A program made the translations under genes and the position numbers. The notes below the pieces were generated by a model that saw nothing but the letters and a program-made list of their open reading frames with translations, did not search any database and was not told the DNA's origin. 37,640 bases of DNA, taken from the IMG/VR virus record IMGVR_UViG_3300021256_000065; one strand, given 5' to 3'. Below are positions 25,675 through 36,568 of the stretch, piece after piece; the stretch's first letter is position 1, and the number at the start of each line of letters is the position of its first letter. This stretch comes from a virus.

Positions 25675-26152
25675 TTGAAAAACTTATATTTTTAAAATAT
25701 TATGGAAACTAAACAACTTGGAAATTTAACTTAGTTACAATGTATTACTCGTTTTTATGAATTAGGATATTCAGTATCAATACCTTATGGAGATAGTGAA
25801 AAATATGATATGATACTTGATATTAATGGAAAATTATATAAACTTCAAGCAAAACATGCTAAAGAATTTTATACAGAAGATAATCAATTATCATATATAA
25901 AGATAAAAACTTCTTGGCAATCTGGATATACTAAACAAAGTCAATATCATACAAATAAGTATTCTAAAAATGAAATTGATTTTTTTGTTACATACTTTCA
26001 AGGTAAAAATTATTTAATTCCAGTAGAAGAATGCTCAACTGAAAAAATATTAAGAATTTTACCTCCAAAAAATGGACAAATAAAAGGAATATCTTTTTTA
26101 GAAAACTATATTGATGAGGAGGTTATTAAAAAATTATAAGTATTATCAGGTA
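25675..26152 (+). mobile_element. intervening sequence in tRNA-Ala carrying a nuclease ORF (intron or homing-element candidate)
   Basis: Lies between the two tRNA halves and contains the ORF 25702/25810-26139. Confidence 0.5.
25702..26139 (+). CDS. PD-(D/E)XK / Hjc-like nuclease (homing-endonuclease candidate); the longer form needs TAG read-through
   Basis: ELGYSVSIPYGDSEKYDMILDINGKLYKLQAK fits an E...D...(D/E)xK nuclease core. The ATG at 25702 is in frame with the 25810 ORF through one TAG. Confidence 0.4.
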
Positions 26153-26330
26153 AAGGATGAGGTCGAGAGTTCGATTCTCTCTGGCTCCACCATTGCGGCA
26201 TCTGGAACTATGTATTTAGTTTTAACCACGCCAAAAGCAAGAAGGATTGGATTCGCGAATACAGATGAGACTTCTTGTAAAGACCCTCTGGCTTGATAGT
26301 TACTTCGAGAAGTATAGGAACTATCAATAG

Positions 26331-26406
26331 ACTCGATTAACTCAGCTGGGAGAGTGCGACTCTTACAAAGTCGAAGTCGTTGGTTCGAGTCCAACATCGA
26401 GTACCA
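26331..26406 (+). tRNA. tRNA-Val (anticodon TAC), CCA encoded
   Basis: ACTCGAT/ATCGAGT acceptor. Loop CTTACAA. T-arm GTTGG-TTCGAGT-CCAAC. Confidence 0.75.
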
Positions 26407-26530
26407 TCTGCGGGGCCGGCGTATAAATGGTCCCACCACCTGACTCGTAGTGAACACGGAACGCTGAAAGGTCTTGGGGAACTCCAGGGTAAGATACTCT
26501 GCAAGGGGAGGTTGTGCTCCCTACTTTTAA

Positions 26531-26602
26531 CGGGGCGTAGCGTAGCGGTTACGCGCTAGTTTTGGGAACTAGATTAGGCAGGTCCGACTCCTGTCGCCCC
26601 GA
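26531..26602 (+). tRNA. tRNA-Pro (anticodon TGG)
   Basis: C1-G72 and A73. Anticodon arm CTAGT-TTTGGGA-ACTAG. Confidence 0.65.
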
Positions 26603-26952
26603 TTGTATTTCAAAACCTGACGTTTAGCTTATTATAAAAATAAGTTTCGTACTATTAATAACAGAGATAGGAATTAAATAAACGTAAACCCATTGTAGCC
26701 CCCGACACGGAAACAATAAGAATAGAAGTTATTTGAAATGATATATAATAACTCTCGAAAAAAGTAGGTTAGCAATACTGAAAATTTTCTTGGATACAGA
26801 TAGGGAAATCGCAATGAAATGTCCAATAGTTGAAGGTCTATTGGAAGAACACTATAGTGTTTTAAAGTTTAGGTGTTCACGATATAACTTTTGGTAGGGT
26901 GATATAATGGATGGTTGGCCCCTAAATCTTTTAAAGCAAAGGAGTGTTTTTT

Positions 26953-27525
26953 ATGAAAAAAATAATATTATGTACTGCTTTTTCCTTATTTTTACTTAAC
27001 ACTGATGCGGTTGCCGCTACAAAAAAAGTCACCGCAAATTTAAATGTAAGAAAATAGCCAAATACAGAGTCTGAAATAGTTGGGTTATTACCAAAAGGGA
27101 AGATAATTAAAACTAAAAAGACTGAAAATTAGAATTGGGATAAAATTAAATATGAAGATGAAACTTGCTATGTTTGTAATACTTATTTAGAAAAAGTAAG
27201 TAAAGAATAGCTAGAAAAGATAGAAGAACTTTTATCCTTACGAGAAATTTCTTTAGAAGATTTTAGATATAGAGGTGTTATTAATTGGAGTGGATGGAAT
27301 TGGACATATTACTTAATGAGTCAATTCCCTGGATCAACTTCAACACCAGTAGAGGGAAGGTATGTTAATGATGAAGGTTTTGTTTGTGATAGTTAGGGAT
27401 ATATAATTTTAGCTTCAGTTGACTTATCTCCCTACACAATAGTAGATACACCATTTGGTTATCAAGGTAAGGTATATGATACTGGATGCCCATATGGAAC
27501 ACTTGATGTTTACGTTAATTGGTAA
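26953..27525 (+). CDS. secreted cell-wall-binding hydrolase-like protein (signal peptide, SH3b, 3D domain) with 4 in-frame TAG
   Basis: Signal peptide MKKIILCTAFSLFLLNTDAVAA. LNVR.xP...W.KIKY (SH3_3-like). GYIILASVD...GKVYDTGCPYGTLDVYV (3D-domain-like). Only TAG interrupts the frame. Ends TAA. Confidence 0.55.
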
Positions 27526-27574
27526 TTATTTGAAAAAATAAAAAAATTTTATTATAATATATATATAAAGAAAA

Positions 27575-27868
27575 GATGCTTACAGCAAATAAATATAATA
27601 CAAAAAAAACATTAACCTGGAAAAATTTTTTTAGTATACGCATCTTGAAAATAGGGGATTAATACAACAGTAGTATATGCGGCTTTGACCCGTAGTACCC
27701 AGGGGCAGCACCTGGATCCCCTGTTTCCTGTAGACACATACAGCAAAATATTATAAATTTTTAGGAAAATTTAGCAGAGAATATTAAGTGTCTAGTTTAA
27801 TCAGTTTCTTTACTCCCTTTCTTTTGATTTTGGGGCTAGACGTAATATGTCTAGCCCTATATTTTTTT
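27575..27868 (+). ncRNA. candidate non-coding RNA of about 290 nt between an A/T promoter and a strong terminator
   Basis: -10 TATAAT at about 27554. No ORF over 33 aa. GC-rich core CCCAGGGGCAGCACCTGGATCCCCTG. Terminator GGGCTAGAC/GTCTAGCCC plus T7 at 27833-27868. Confidence 0.3.
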
Positions 27869-27881
27869 GGAGAAAAATAAA

Positions 27882-28181
27882 ATGAGCAGATCTTATAAAA
27901 AAGCTCCTTATTATGGAGATAAAAAAAATAAAGAAACTAAAAGAATAGCAAATAAAGCTGTTAGAAATTATCTTAAAAATTTTGAACATGAATTGCCTAA
28001 AAGAGATTTTAGAAAAGTTTTTTGTTCTTGGGATATATGTGATTACGGTTGGCTGCAGCCTTGGGAAGAATATTGGAAAAATTGTTTAAGAAATTACAAA
28101 AGACATCCTGAATGGTATAAGCATCCGCCGAATAAAAAAGAAGAATATAGAAACTGGTATAAAACTTATAAAATGAAGTGA
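27882..28181 (+). CDS. small highly basic Lys/Tyr/Trp-rich protein (99 aa)
   Basis: RBS GGAGAAAAATAAA before the ATG. Ends TGA. No TAG. Confidence 0.5.
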   Translation: MSRSYKKAPYYGDKKNKETKRIANKAVRNYLKNFEHELPKRDFRKVFCSWDICDYGWLQPWEEYWKNCLRNYKRHPEWYKHPPNKKEEYRNWYKTYKMK

Positions 28182-28199
28182 TAAAAGGAGATAAAGGAT

Positions 28200-29711
28200 A
28201 TGAATACTTTTCTTAATCAGATGAAGAAAGATAATAATATTGATTATACAGAGAATGGCGGCGTGACCCATAAGTCTACGGAGTCTAAGGTTCTTGACAT
28301 GTTTGCGGTCGGCGGTGCATATAGAAACCGTTCTGATGAAGATGTTATTCTTCTCTTCAAAAACGCATTTGAAGAAGACCGCCTTCTGGCTATGAAATGC
28401 CTGTTTTATCTTCGCGATGTGCGCGGAGGACAGGGAGAAAGACGCTTCTTTAGAGTTGCCTTTCGCTGGCTTTGTGACGAATATCCTGAAGTTGCAAAGA
28501 AGAACCTTGACAATGTTAGTGAGTATGGTCGCTGGGATGATTTGATTTATGTTACGGAAGGTACTAGATGTCAAACCGCCGCATTCAATATCATCAGACA
28601 TCAGCTTGCTCTTGATACTCAGTGCAAAACGCCCTCCCTGCTTGCAAAGTGGCTTCCTTCTCAGAATGCTTCCAATGCAGAGACCAAGAGATTGGGACAT
28701 GTTTTGGCAAATTTCTTAGGGATGACCAGCCGCGAATATCGTAAGACCCTTTCTGTTCTTCGTGAACGCATTAATGTGCTTGAGCGTCTTATGAGCACTG
28801 GTAGATGGGATGAAATCGAATTTGATAAAATTCCTTCTAGAGCAGGTATTATTTATCGTAATGCCTTTGCTCGCCGCGATATTCTTGCCAAAAAGTATGA
28901 AGCTTTTGCCAAGAGTAAAGATACTAAGGTAAATGCAGATGCACTGTATCCGCACGATATTGCTCACAGAGCTTTTGAGATGCGTTATCATACTAACCTT
29001 GAAGATCCCACTCGTCTTATGCTTCAGAAGTATTGGGATAATCTCAAAGACTTCTATAACGGCAGAGAAGAGAATGGTATTGCAGTCGTTGATGTGTCTG
29101 GCTCCATGTCTGGAACTCCAATGGAAGCTGCAGTTTCTATGGGGGCTTACATCGCAGATAAAGCACATGGGCCTTTTGCGAATCACTTTATTACTTTTTC
29201 TTCCTCTCCTGAATTGGTAAGGTTTGAAGGAGTTGATATTGTTGATAAGTTTCGTCGTTGTGTTGGGGCAAACTGGGGTATGAATACCAACTTGCAGGCG
29301 GTATTTGATATGCTTCTGCATACTGCAATGAGAAAGAATGTAAAGGCTGAAGATATGCCGACTCGAATTTACATTTTTTCTGATATGGAGTTTGATCAGT
29401 GTGTGTCTTTTGATTGTACCCCTAAGCTTCACAGATGGGAAGGTTACCGTACTGTCAACTCTGTTGATGAGGTAAATTCCGATCTTGAGAAGATTAAAAA
29501 GGAATGGGCACGGTATGGATACAAAATGCCTCAGGTCATCTTTTGGAATCTCGATGCCCGTCAGAATCATATTCCAGCTATTGGAGAAGGGTTCAGTTAC
29601 GTGAGTGGTTTTTCGCCTTCTATGATTGACTGCATCTTGAGCGGCAAGGATGGCTGGGATTTGATGCTTGAAAAGCTCATGTCCAAACGTTATGCGGCAG
29701 TTGTTGCATAA
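28200..29711 (+). CDS. vWA-domain protein, DUF2828-like (503 aa)
   Basis: MIDAS-like VVDVSGSMSG. N-terminal TENGG...YLRDVRGGQGERRFFR, as in DUF2828. No internal TAG. GC content above that of its neighbours. Confidence 0.5.
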   Translation: MNTFLNQMKKDNNIDYTENGGVTHKSTESKVLDMFAVGGAYRNRSDEDVILLFKNAFEEDRLLAMKCLFYLRDVRGGQGERRFFRVAFRWLCDEYPEVAKKNLDNVSEYGRWDDLIYVTEGTRCQTAAFNIIRHQLALDTQCKTPSLLAKWLPSQNASNAETKRLGHVLANFLGMTSREYRKTLSVLRERINVLERLMSTGRWDEIEFDKIPSRAGIIYRNAFARRDILAKKYEAFAKSKDTKVNADALYPHDIAHRAFEMRYHTNLEDPTRLMLQKYWDNLKDFYNGREENGIAVVDVSGSMSGTPMEAAVSMGAYIADKAHGPFANHFITFSSSPELVRFEGVDIVDKFRRCVGANWGMNTNLQAVFDMLLHTAMRKNVKAEDMPTRIYIFSDMEFDQCVSFDCTPKLHRWEGYRTVNSVDEVNSDLEKIKKEWARYGYKMPQVIFWNLDARQNHIPAIGEGFSYVSGFSPSMIDCILSGKDGWDLMLEKLMSKRYAAVVA

Positions 29712-29721
29712 TTTTATATAT

Positions 29722-29757
29722 GAAGGATATGCAAAAATTGCATATCCTTCTTTTTTT
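29722..29757 (+). terminator. rho-independent terminator
   Basis: 12-bp stem GAAGGATATGCA/TGCATATCCTTC followed by T8. Confidence 0.7.
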
Positions 29758-29981
29758 GTGTGTAGAAAATGGATAAATGGATTTTTAAGGTCTACTTCAA
29801 TAAATCTCCAAAACTGTTCGGCGCGCAGACACTCGTATTTCAGAATTCAAAACGGCCTTTGGATTTTTTATTTTTACATTTTCATATTTAGCATTTTGGC
29901 CAAAAATAGATAACTACCATTATTAATTTTTAATATAAGATATAGGAATGAATATGCTAATCAAAAGGAGGGACTATAATT

Positions 29982-30461
29982 ATGATAGCATTACTTTAGC
30001 ACTATTCTTTATCTGATATATTAATCTTCTTGATTTTTCTTGCTCTAGGTATTAAAAGTTTAATTTCTTTTTTTGACTGGGTTTATGGATATATAAAAAG
30101 AGCTTTTAATATAGAATACTCTAAAAAGAGTGAAAAATAGCAAATTGAGTAGCGGTTACAGCAAGGTAGCGAAACCATAGCAATTTTAACCGCAAATCAA
30201 TAGGCAACTGATAAAGTTCTTTTAGATTTATCCGCAAAAATTGATATGTTAATTGATTCAGATAAAGATGCAATAAAGTCTTATATAACAAAAGAACATC
30301 ATCATTTCTGTTATTAGGTTGGATAGATAGACGACTTTAGTTTGGATTGTCTTGAAAAACGTTATCAACATTATACAGATGAAGGCGGAAATTCATTTAT
30401 TGAACACTTTATGTGTGATTTAAGAGCTTTGCCTAAATAGGGTTCTTTTAATGGCAACTAA
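29982..30461 (+). CDS. small membrane protein (holin-like candidate) with about 7 in-frame TAG
   Basis: RBS AAAAGGAGGG. N-terminal TM ILIFLIFLALGIKSLISFF. Frame closed only by TAA at 30459-30461. Confidence 0.35.
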
Positions 30462-30491
30462 TAACAATGGAGAAAAAAGGAGAATTAAAAA

Positions 30492-32369
30492 ATGGCATTG
30501 ATGTTAAACACTTTATATCCACCTATTATGATGGATGTAATCCCTGGTTTTATAAGAACATCAACATGTAGAATATATTTTTCTATATCCGATTATAATT
30601 CTGCCAAAGACATAGCAAATGTTCAAGTTGCATTAACAAATGTAAAAACTAACACTTCTGCATTGAATACTGATTTGTACCCCGCAGAAATTAAATTAAC
30701 TGAATTACTTTATGATGACCAAAAGTAGGACGATTATTGTTATTATATAACAATAAGTCCTGCTGATTTAGCGGGCGGGGAATTTTTATTAAATCAATAT
30801 TATAAAATTCAATTACGCTTTACATCAAAAGATGCAGATAGTGTTAGTTTAACTGGAGTTCAACAAATTGCTACTTGGTTAAATAATAATCTTATGTTCT
30901 TTTCTTAGTGGTCACGTGCGGGAATCATTAGAGGGATTTCAAGACCAACGCTTTATATTGATTATTTAGATGATGAGGATGAAGAAGAGGAAGAAGAAAG
31001 TGAAAATATTTCATTATCCGCCCCATTATCAAAAATTACTGGTAGATTAACTTTTGCAGATGAAGGCGAATTAGACTATTTAGCTTCTTATAATGTTAAA
31101 GTTTATTTAAGTAAGCAAGATAATAAATTAATTTTTGATAGTGGTATTCAACATCCAATAGAAGAAAATGAGATTGATTGTAACTTATTATGTGATTTAT
31201 AGGATTAGCGGCTGTATATGATAAAAATTAGTTATACTACAAACTATGCTTATAGTAAATAGGAAAACTATATAATACAAGTGCGAGTCGAGAGCCAAGA
31301 CTTAAATCCATTCAATCTAACAATCACTCCAACAAGAAATGAAGAGGATGGTTATATAAATCTTCATATTACGATGGATAAAACTAAAGATTTTTCTGAT
31401 AAACAATTATTAATTAGAAGAATATCTTCAAAAGATAATTTCTTAATATGGGAAAATTTATATGCTATAGATTAGAGCTTTTCCACATTTGATTGGCAAG
31501 ACTTATCTGTAGAAAGCGGGATTTGGTATAAATATGCGTTATATGTAGTAGATTTAAATAAAACTATTTTATATAACCCTATAGAAACAGATCCAATATT
31601 GTGCATTTTTGAAGATATATTTTTAGTAAGTGATAATATTCAATTAAGATTACAATTTAATCCTTCCATAACAAGTTTTAAATATAATACAACTGAATCT
31701 CAACAAGTTACTTTAGGAGGAAAATTTCCTTATATTAGAAGAAATGGAAATAATTATTATAGAACCTTTTCTATTGGCGGTCTTATTAGTTCTTTAATGG
31801 ATGAAACTGATTGGTATGATTCTTATATTCATCCGCCGCATCCAATATAGGGAGAAGAAGAACAGGAAGAAGAAGAAATCACTTTACCACATATCAGATT
31901 TACTTCTAAATAGGATAAATATAAAGATTCTTATGATTTATATCAACAATATGAATCAGATAAAAATATTTCTAATTATCTTAATCCAATATATGAAAGA
32001 TTCTTTAGAGAAACTGTATATGATTTCTTTTATAAAAATAGTGTAAAATTATTTAAATCTCCAACAGAAGGTAATATATTAGTTAAATTAACCAATATTA
32101 ATTTTGAGCCTCAAGCTCAATTAGGACGCGTATTATATTCATTTACCGCAACCACAGTTTAGATAGATGAACCAACTTTTGAAAATTATAAAAAATATAA
32201 AATCTTTCCTGATGATATATTTGAATATGTTACTGAATCTCCTGCTTTAGAGATCGAATTTGGTACAGCCACAATGGTGCTGGTTATAAATGCAAATGGT
32301 GCAAGTCAAAATGGAAATCAGAATTGGGCATTGCATTTAGAGCCTTATCCTATTAAAGGAGGAGGTTAA
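30492..32369 (+). CDS. large virion structural protein (tail or baseplate-like, about 625 aa) with about 9 in-frame TAG
   Basis: RBS AAAAAGGAGAA. The ORF fragments 30492, 31281 and 31599 share one frame and are separated only by TAG. Ends TAA at 32367-32369. Confidence 0.55.
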
Positions 32370-32371
32370 TA

Positions 32372-34396
32372 ATGCAAACATATCCATATTTAAATGATTT
32401 AGCTTTTTTAAGAGAACTTGATCTATCAAAAGTAAAAGAACAATTTGTGAGAATTAACGTTTTGTCTTTTAAAGATGAAAAACCAATAGAACAAATTGAA
32501 GGAGATGTGGTAAGCGGCAATATTACAATAGATGGAAATTCAGCGATGCGGCGAACCGCAAATTTATCTATTGTGGTAAAAAAAGATGAATATTCTAATA
32601 GAGATATTAGAAAAATTTTAACTATAAATAAAAAAGTATAGTTATTAATAGGATTTACTAATACAACTAATAAATATGAACAATATCCAATTTTATGGTT
32701 CCCGCAAGGAATTTATGTAATTATTACTCCTAATATTATTTATAATAATAATGGTATCAATATTTCATTGACATTACATGATAAAATGGCCTTGCTAAAT
32801 GGGGAATGCGGCGGAACTCTACCTGCATCTATTACATTTACTGAAATAGAAGATGTTGATGAGAATGGCGAAAGACAAATTTCTAATCCTACTATATATC
32901 AAATTGTACAAGAATTAGTTAATCATTTTGGCGGATAGCAGCTTGGAAAAATAATTATTGAACTTGATAAAAAAATAAAAAAGGTAATGCGGTGGACAGG
33001 TTCAACGCCGCTTTACCTATATCAAGAAGCACTTCCAGACGGTACAATGTATAGTAGTTTTAGTACAAATGAAAATTAGTTAAGAAGGCAAGGAGAAGGG
33101 ACAATTCAAGAATTTTAGTACGGATAGGATATAGGTTACGTTTTGACTGATTTTATCTATCCACAATAGCTAACTAATAACCCTGGAGAGACCATTGTAA
33201 GTGTCTTAGACAAAATTAAGAATTGGCTTGGAAATTACGAATATTTTTATGATATTAATGGTAATTTCAGATTCCAAGAGATAAAGAATTATTTGAATAA
33301 AACATATGCAACATTTTTAATTAATGAAATAAATTCAAATAATTACTTAACTAATTATGCAAATGGAAAATCTGTTTATACTTTTGAAGATTCTGATATT
33401 ATTCAATCATATTCAAATTCCCCGCAATATCAACAAATAAAAAATGATTTTGTTGTTTGGGGTAAAAGAACTACAACAGAAGGAAAATAGATTCCTATTC
33501 GTTATCATTTAGCTATTGATAAAAAGCCTGCAGTCGGGAATTAGTATAAAGTATTTTTCTATACTGATCCCGATGATAACATTTTAAAAGCTAAAAGACC
33601 TTTAGAATTTGCTACAAGAAATTAGTTTCCAGAAACCGGAGATGTATGTCAATATTATTATGCGGCAGACACTGGTTTTATATATAAATGGGACGCGAGT
33701 GTACAAAATTATGCCACAACCCCATATATAATTGAAACAATAGAAGCAAAAGATTATAGGACTTAGCTCTATATGTCTGGTGTTGCTAGTTAGCCGTTTG
33801 GTTTAGATAGTAATTATTATTACACAGAATTAAAAAATGAATGGCCTAAACTATATGATATGCGGCAAGGAAAATTCTTTGATGAAATACTAGATCAGCC
33901 TAGTAACATGGATTTCTTTTTAGATTTTATAGATACTTCTACCGCTATTTCAGAATTTAGCATAGAAAATATTGGTAGACGTACCCTTACAATATCAAAT
34001 GATGCAATAAATTGTATTTTTTAGCCTGATAACCCTGATATAGTTATTATTGAAGCAAACAGCGAAGGCGCGGATGATCTTCGAGAATAGTGTTAGCATA
34101 GACGACAAGAATATTCTCAAGTAACATCAGACATTTATTCACAGCTAGTTACTGGCGGAGTTTTAAGATCTGCTTATGAAGAAATAAGAACAGAACTCTA
34201 TCAATATACTGATTATAATGAACAAGTTACATTAACTACTTTACCAATTTATTATCTTGAACCTAATGTACGGATAACAATTAAAAATTAGTAGAGCGGA
34301 ATTGATGGAGATTACATGATAAAAACAATTTCATTACCATTAGATGTTAATGGAATGATGAATTTATCTTGTACAAAAGCACTTGAAAGAATTTAA
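32372..34396 (+). CDS. large virion structural protein (about 675 aa) with more than 12 in-frame TAG, including a tandem TAG TAG
   Basis: RBS AAAGGAGGAGG. Fragments 32372 and 33293 are in frame. Ends TAA near 34394. Confidence 0.5.
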
Positions 34397-34399
34397 CAA

Positions 34400-34446
34400 A
34401 AAAAAATAATGGCGATGATATTTTTATATCATCGCCATTTTTTTAT
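34400..34446. terminator. bidirectional rho-independent terminator between convergent genes
   Basis: 13-bp stem AATGGCGATGATA/TATCATCGCCATT with A-run and T-run flanks. Confidence 0.65.
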
Positions 34447-36470
34447 GGTTTTAATCGGATAATATATCCAACTTTATAGTTAGGCCACGAAAGTGGACCA
34501 ATCCATTTTACAAAGTGAGCACCTTCACCTTTTTCTTTGCAGAAGGCATGTCCAGAATCAAATGACAAACCATTACCAAAGTAAATACATGTATGATTGA
34601 TAGTTACAAAAGTAAGAATGTCACCAGGGCAAAGTTTTCCTTCATTCATAAGCTGCTTAGGAGTTTTATTACCTACTTTAATTAAGTCTGCATACTTGCG
34701 GAGATCAGCCTACGCGTGACTATTTAACCAGCGGATGCCGCCTCCTTTTTGCCCATACCAGCTACATGCGGATGCGGGAAGTCCAGACTATTTCATTGCA
34801 AAACCAACGCCGCCCATGCAATTTGTATATAGTTTATTAGCTTTTCTTGTTTTCCAGAATGTACTTTCACTTACATGTCCACTGTTGTAATATCTCCAGT
34901 CCTTACCAGCTTTTATGTCGTCTACTAACCATTGATTTAACCGAGCACATGCCGCAAGTAATTTTTGCACTCTATTTAATTTTGGTTTATATACAACTGT
35001 TTTTGGATTTTTTAAATCATAAACTCTAAATCCCCAATTTTGATTAGCCTTGTTTTTAGCATTACTTAAGTATTGATAAGCACCAAGTTGATATTGAGAT
35101 TCAGACCATCTTCTACGAACAACATATCTATCTATTGGTGTTGCGGCGGGAGTCATTGTTACGGGCGCTTGGACTGGTGCCGCAACCGCTTTCACCTATG
35201 GATAAATTTGATTACCATTCTAATCATATGCTTTTAACCCTTTAGCTTTTGCTCTTGCTATTGCGTTAGCTTTAATTTCATAAGCATTATCCTGATTAAT
35301 ATATTTTCCATTTTTATAGTCTTGTGCAACTCTATACCAGACAGTTTTTGGCTGCGGGACTGGTGCCATCGCCCCCGCTTCTACATCTAATTTTGCTAAA
35401 TTATTTTCTTTTATAATACGAAGTACCTTCTCTTCATAATTAGGATCAGTGCAATATCCCTATGGATTGCTAGCTGTCCCAGTTCCAATTCTAATTGCAT
35501 GAATAACCGCCCCAGGATCTGTCATACCTTTGACGCGATTATATTTATAACCTTTATTATTTTTTACATGTAAAAGAAACATCTAATAATCTTCAATACA
35601 GTTTTTATAGTCTTTATAAACTCTAAAATTATCAGGCTTATGAATTAATTTACCATTAACATATTCAGGAGTTATCTTAGAAAAAACAGTGCCATCCCAA
35701 ACTGTATAATTAGACCAGCTGCCATTGATTAAATCAGCTTTCATTCCAAGAAGATTATTTCGTTTTGTTAATTCAATAGCATCAGATCCCAATCCATAAC
35801 CATTCTAGAGGCAGCACTGTGCGGCGACCACTGATGGTAAAATTTTTGTTTGTTTATAAAGATCTACACAAATTTTAGATACTTTATTAATAAAATCTTC
35901 TTTGCTTTGAGGAATACCAGAAGCTGCGGTTGTTGACGGTGTTGTACCTGCGTTTCCGCCCTTCACCCTCTCAAGAAATTCATTCCAAGTCCAAGATGTT
36001 TTATATTTATTATTATGAACATATGGAGCTGGGCAGACTTTATTTACAATATCATAATGTCTTAATACATGGTCTATTGGGATTTTTAAGTCCTTCATTA
36101 ATTTTTGGACAAGCCATACTGCGGCTTCTTGTGTTTCTTTTGTAAAATACCAATATGGATCACTTGCTAGTCCTTTGTTACCATCACAGTGACAACATAA
36201 TTCAATGCTAATTGTATTAGCATTTCTTGCGTATGGATGCTTTTGAGCATATATGCCAGCAGTACCAACTGCCCACACAATTGCATCATGGGAGCATCTT
36301 TGGAAAATTGTTCCATCCCAATAAATTGTATAGTGGGCACCAGTACCATTTTTTGATAATTCATAATTTTGACCATCTACTCCTAAATAGTGAATGGCTA
36401 TATATTCATGTGTATTTCCAAATTTTGGCACATATACTTCTGAAATTTTATTTACTATTTTATATGCCAT
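34443..36470 (-). CDS. multidomain endolysin: N-acetylmuramoyl-L-alanine amidase (Amidase_2/PGRP), linker, NlpC/P60 or CHAP-like peptidase; 3 in-frame TAG
   Basis: RBS GGAGAAAAAAT before the ATG at 36470. HYLGVDGQ...AHYTIYWDGTIFQ...NANTISIELC are amidase_2 motifs. C-terminal GDILTF...HTCIYFGNG...DSGHA. Four ORF fragments share one frame, split by TAG at 35805, 35583 and 34788. Ends TAA at 34443. Confidence 0.65.
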
Positions 36471-36484
36471 ATTTTTTCTCCAAT

Positions 36485-36504
36485 GGGCGGGGCAAACCCC
36501 GCCT
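36485..36504 (-). other. GC hairpin between esterase and endolysin genes (attenuator or stability element)
   Basis: GGGCGGGG-CAAA-CCCCGCC. No U-run. Confidence 0.3.
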
Positions 36505-36568
36505 AAAAGGACCATCCTGAAGGACGGTCCTGGTTATTAATTGTCTAAATGAATTTTTAAGATATTTA

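Larger units (their letters stand above)
25639..26192 (+). tRNA. tRNA-Ala (anticodon TGC) split by an insertion of about 478 bp in the anticodon loop; CCA encoded
   Basis: 5' half GGGGTCA-TA-GCTC-AGTTGGGA-GAGC-G-CATCC-CTTGC at 25639-25674. 3' half GGATG-AGGTC-GAGAG-TTCGATT-CTCTC-TGGCTCC-A-CCA at 26155-26192. Acceptor and anticodon stems pair across the gap. The G3-U70 Ala identity pair is present. Confidence 0.7.

Noticed and set aside
26146-26457. ORF 26146-26457 (-)
   Set aside because: Overlaps the tRNA-Ala 3' exon and tRNA-Val.
20130-26602. CRISPR array, integrase, transposase, attachment site
   Set aside because: None seen. The regular short repeats in this window are promoters and terminators, not CRISPR repeat and spacer units. 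No tyrosine or serine recombinase motifs were found.
28086-29570. Minus-strand ORFs 28086-28700 and 28716-29570
   Set aside because: Antisense to the 503-aa vWA/DUF2828 gene, which has an RBS and a clean terminator.
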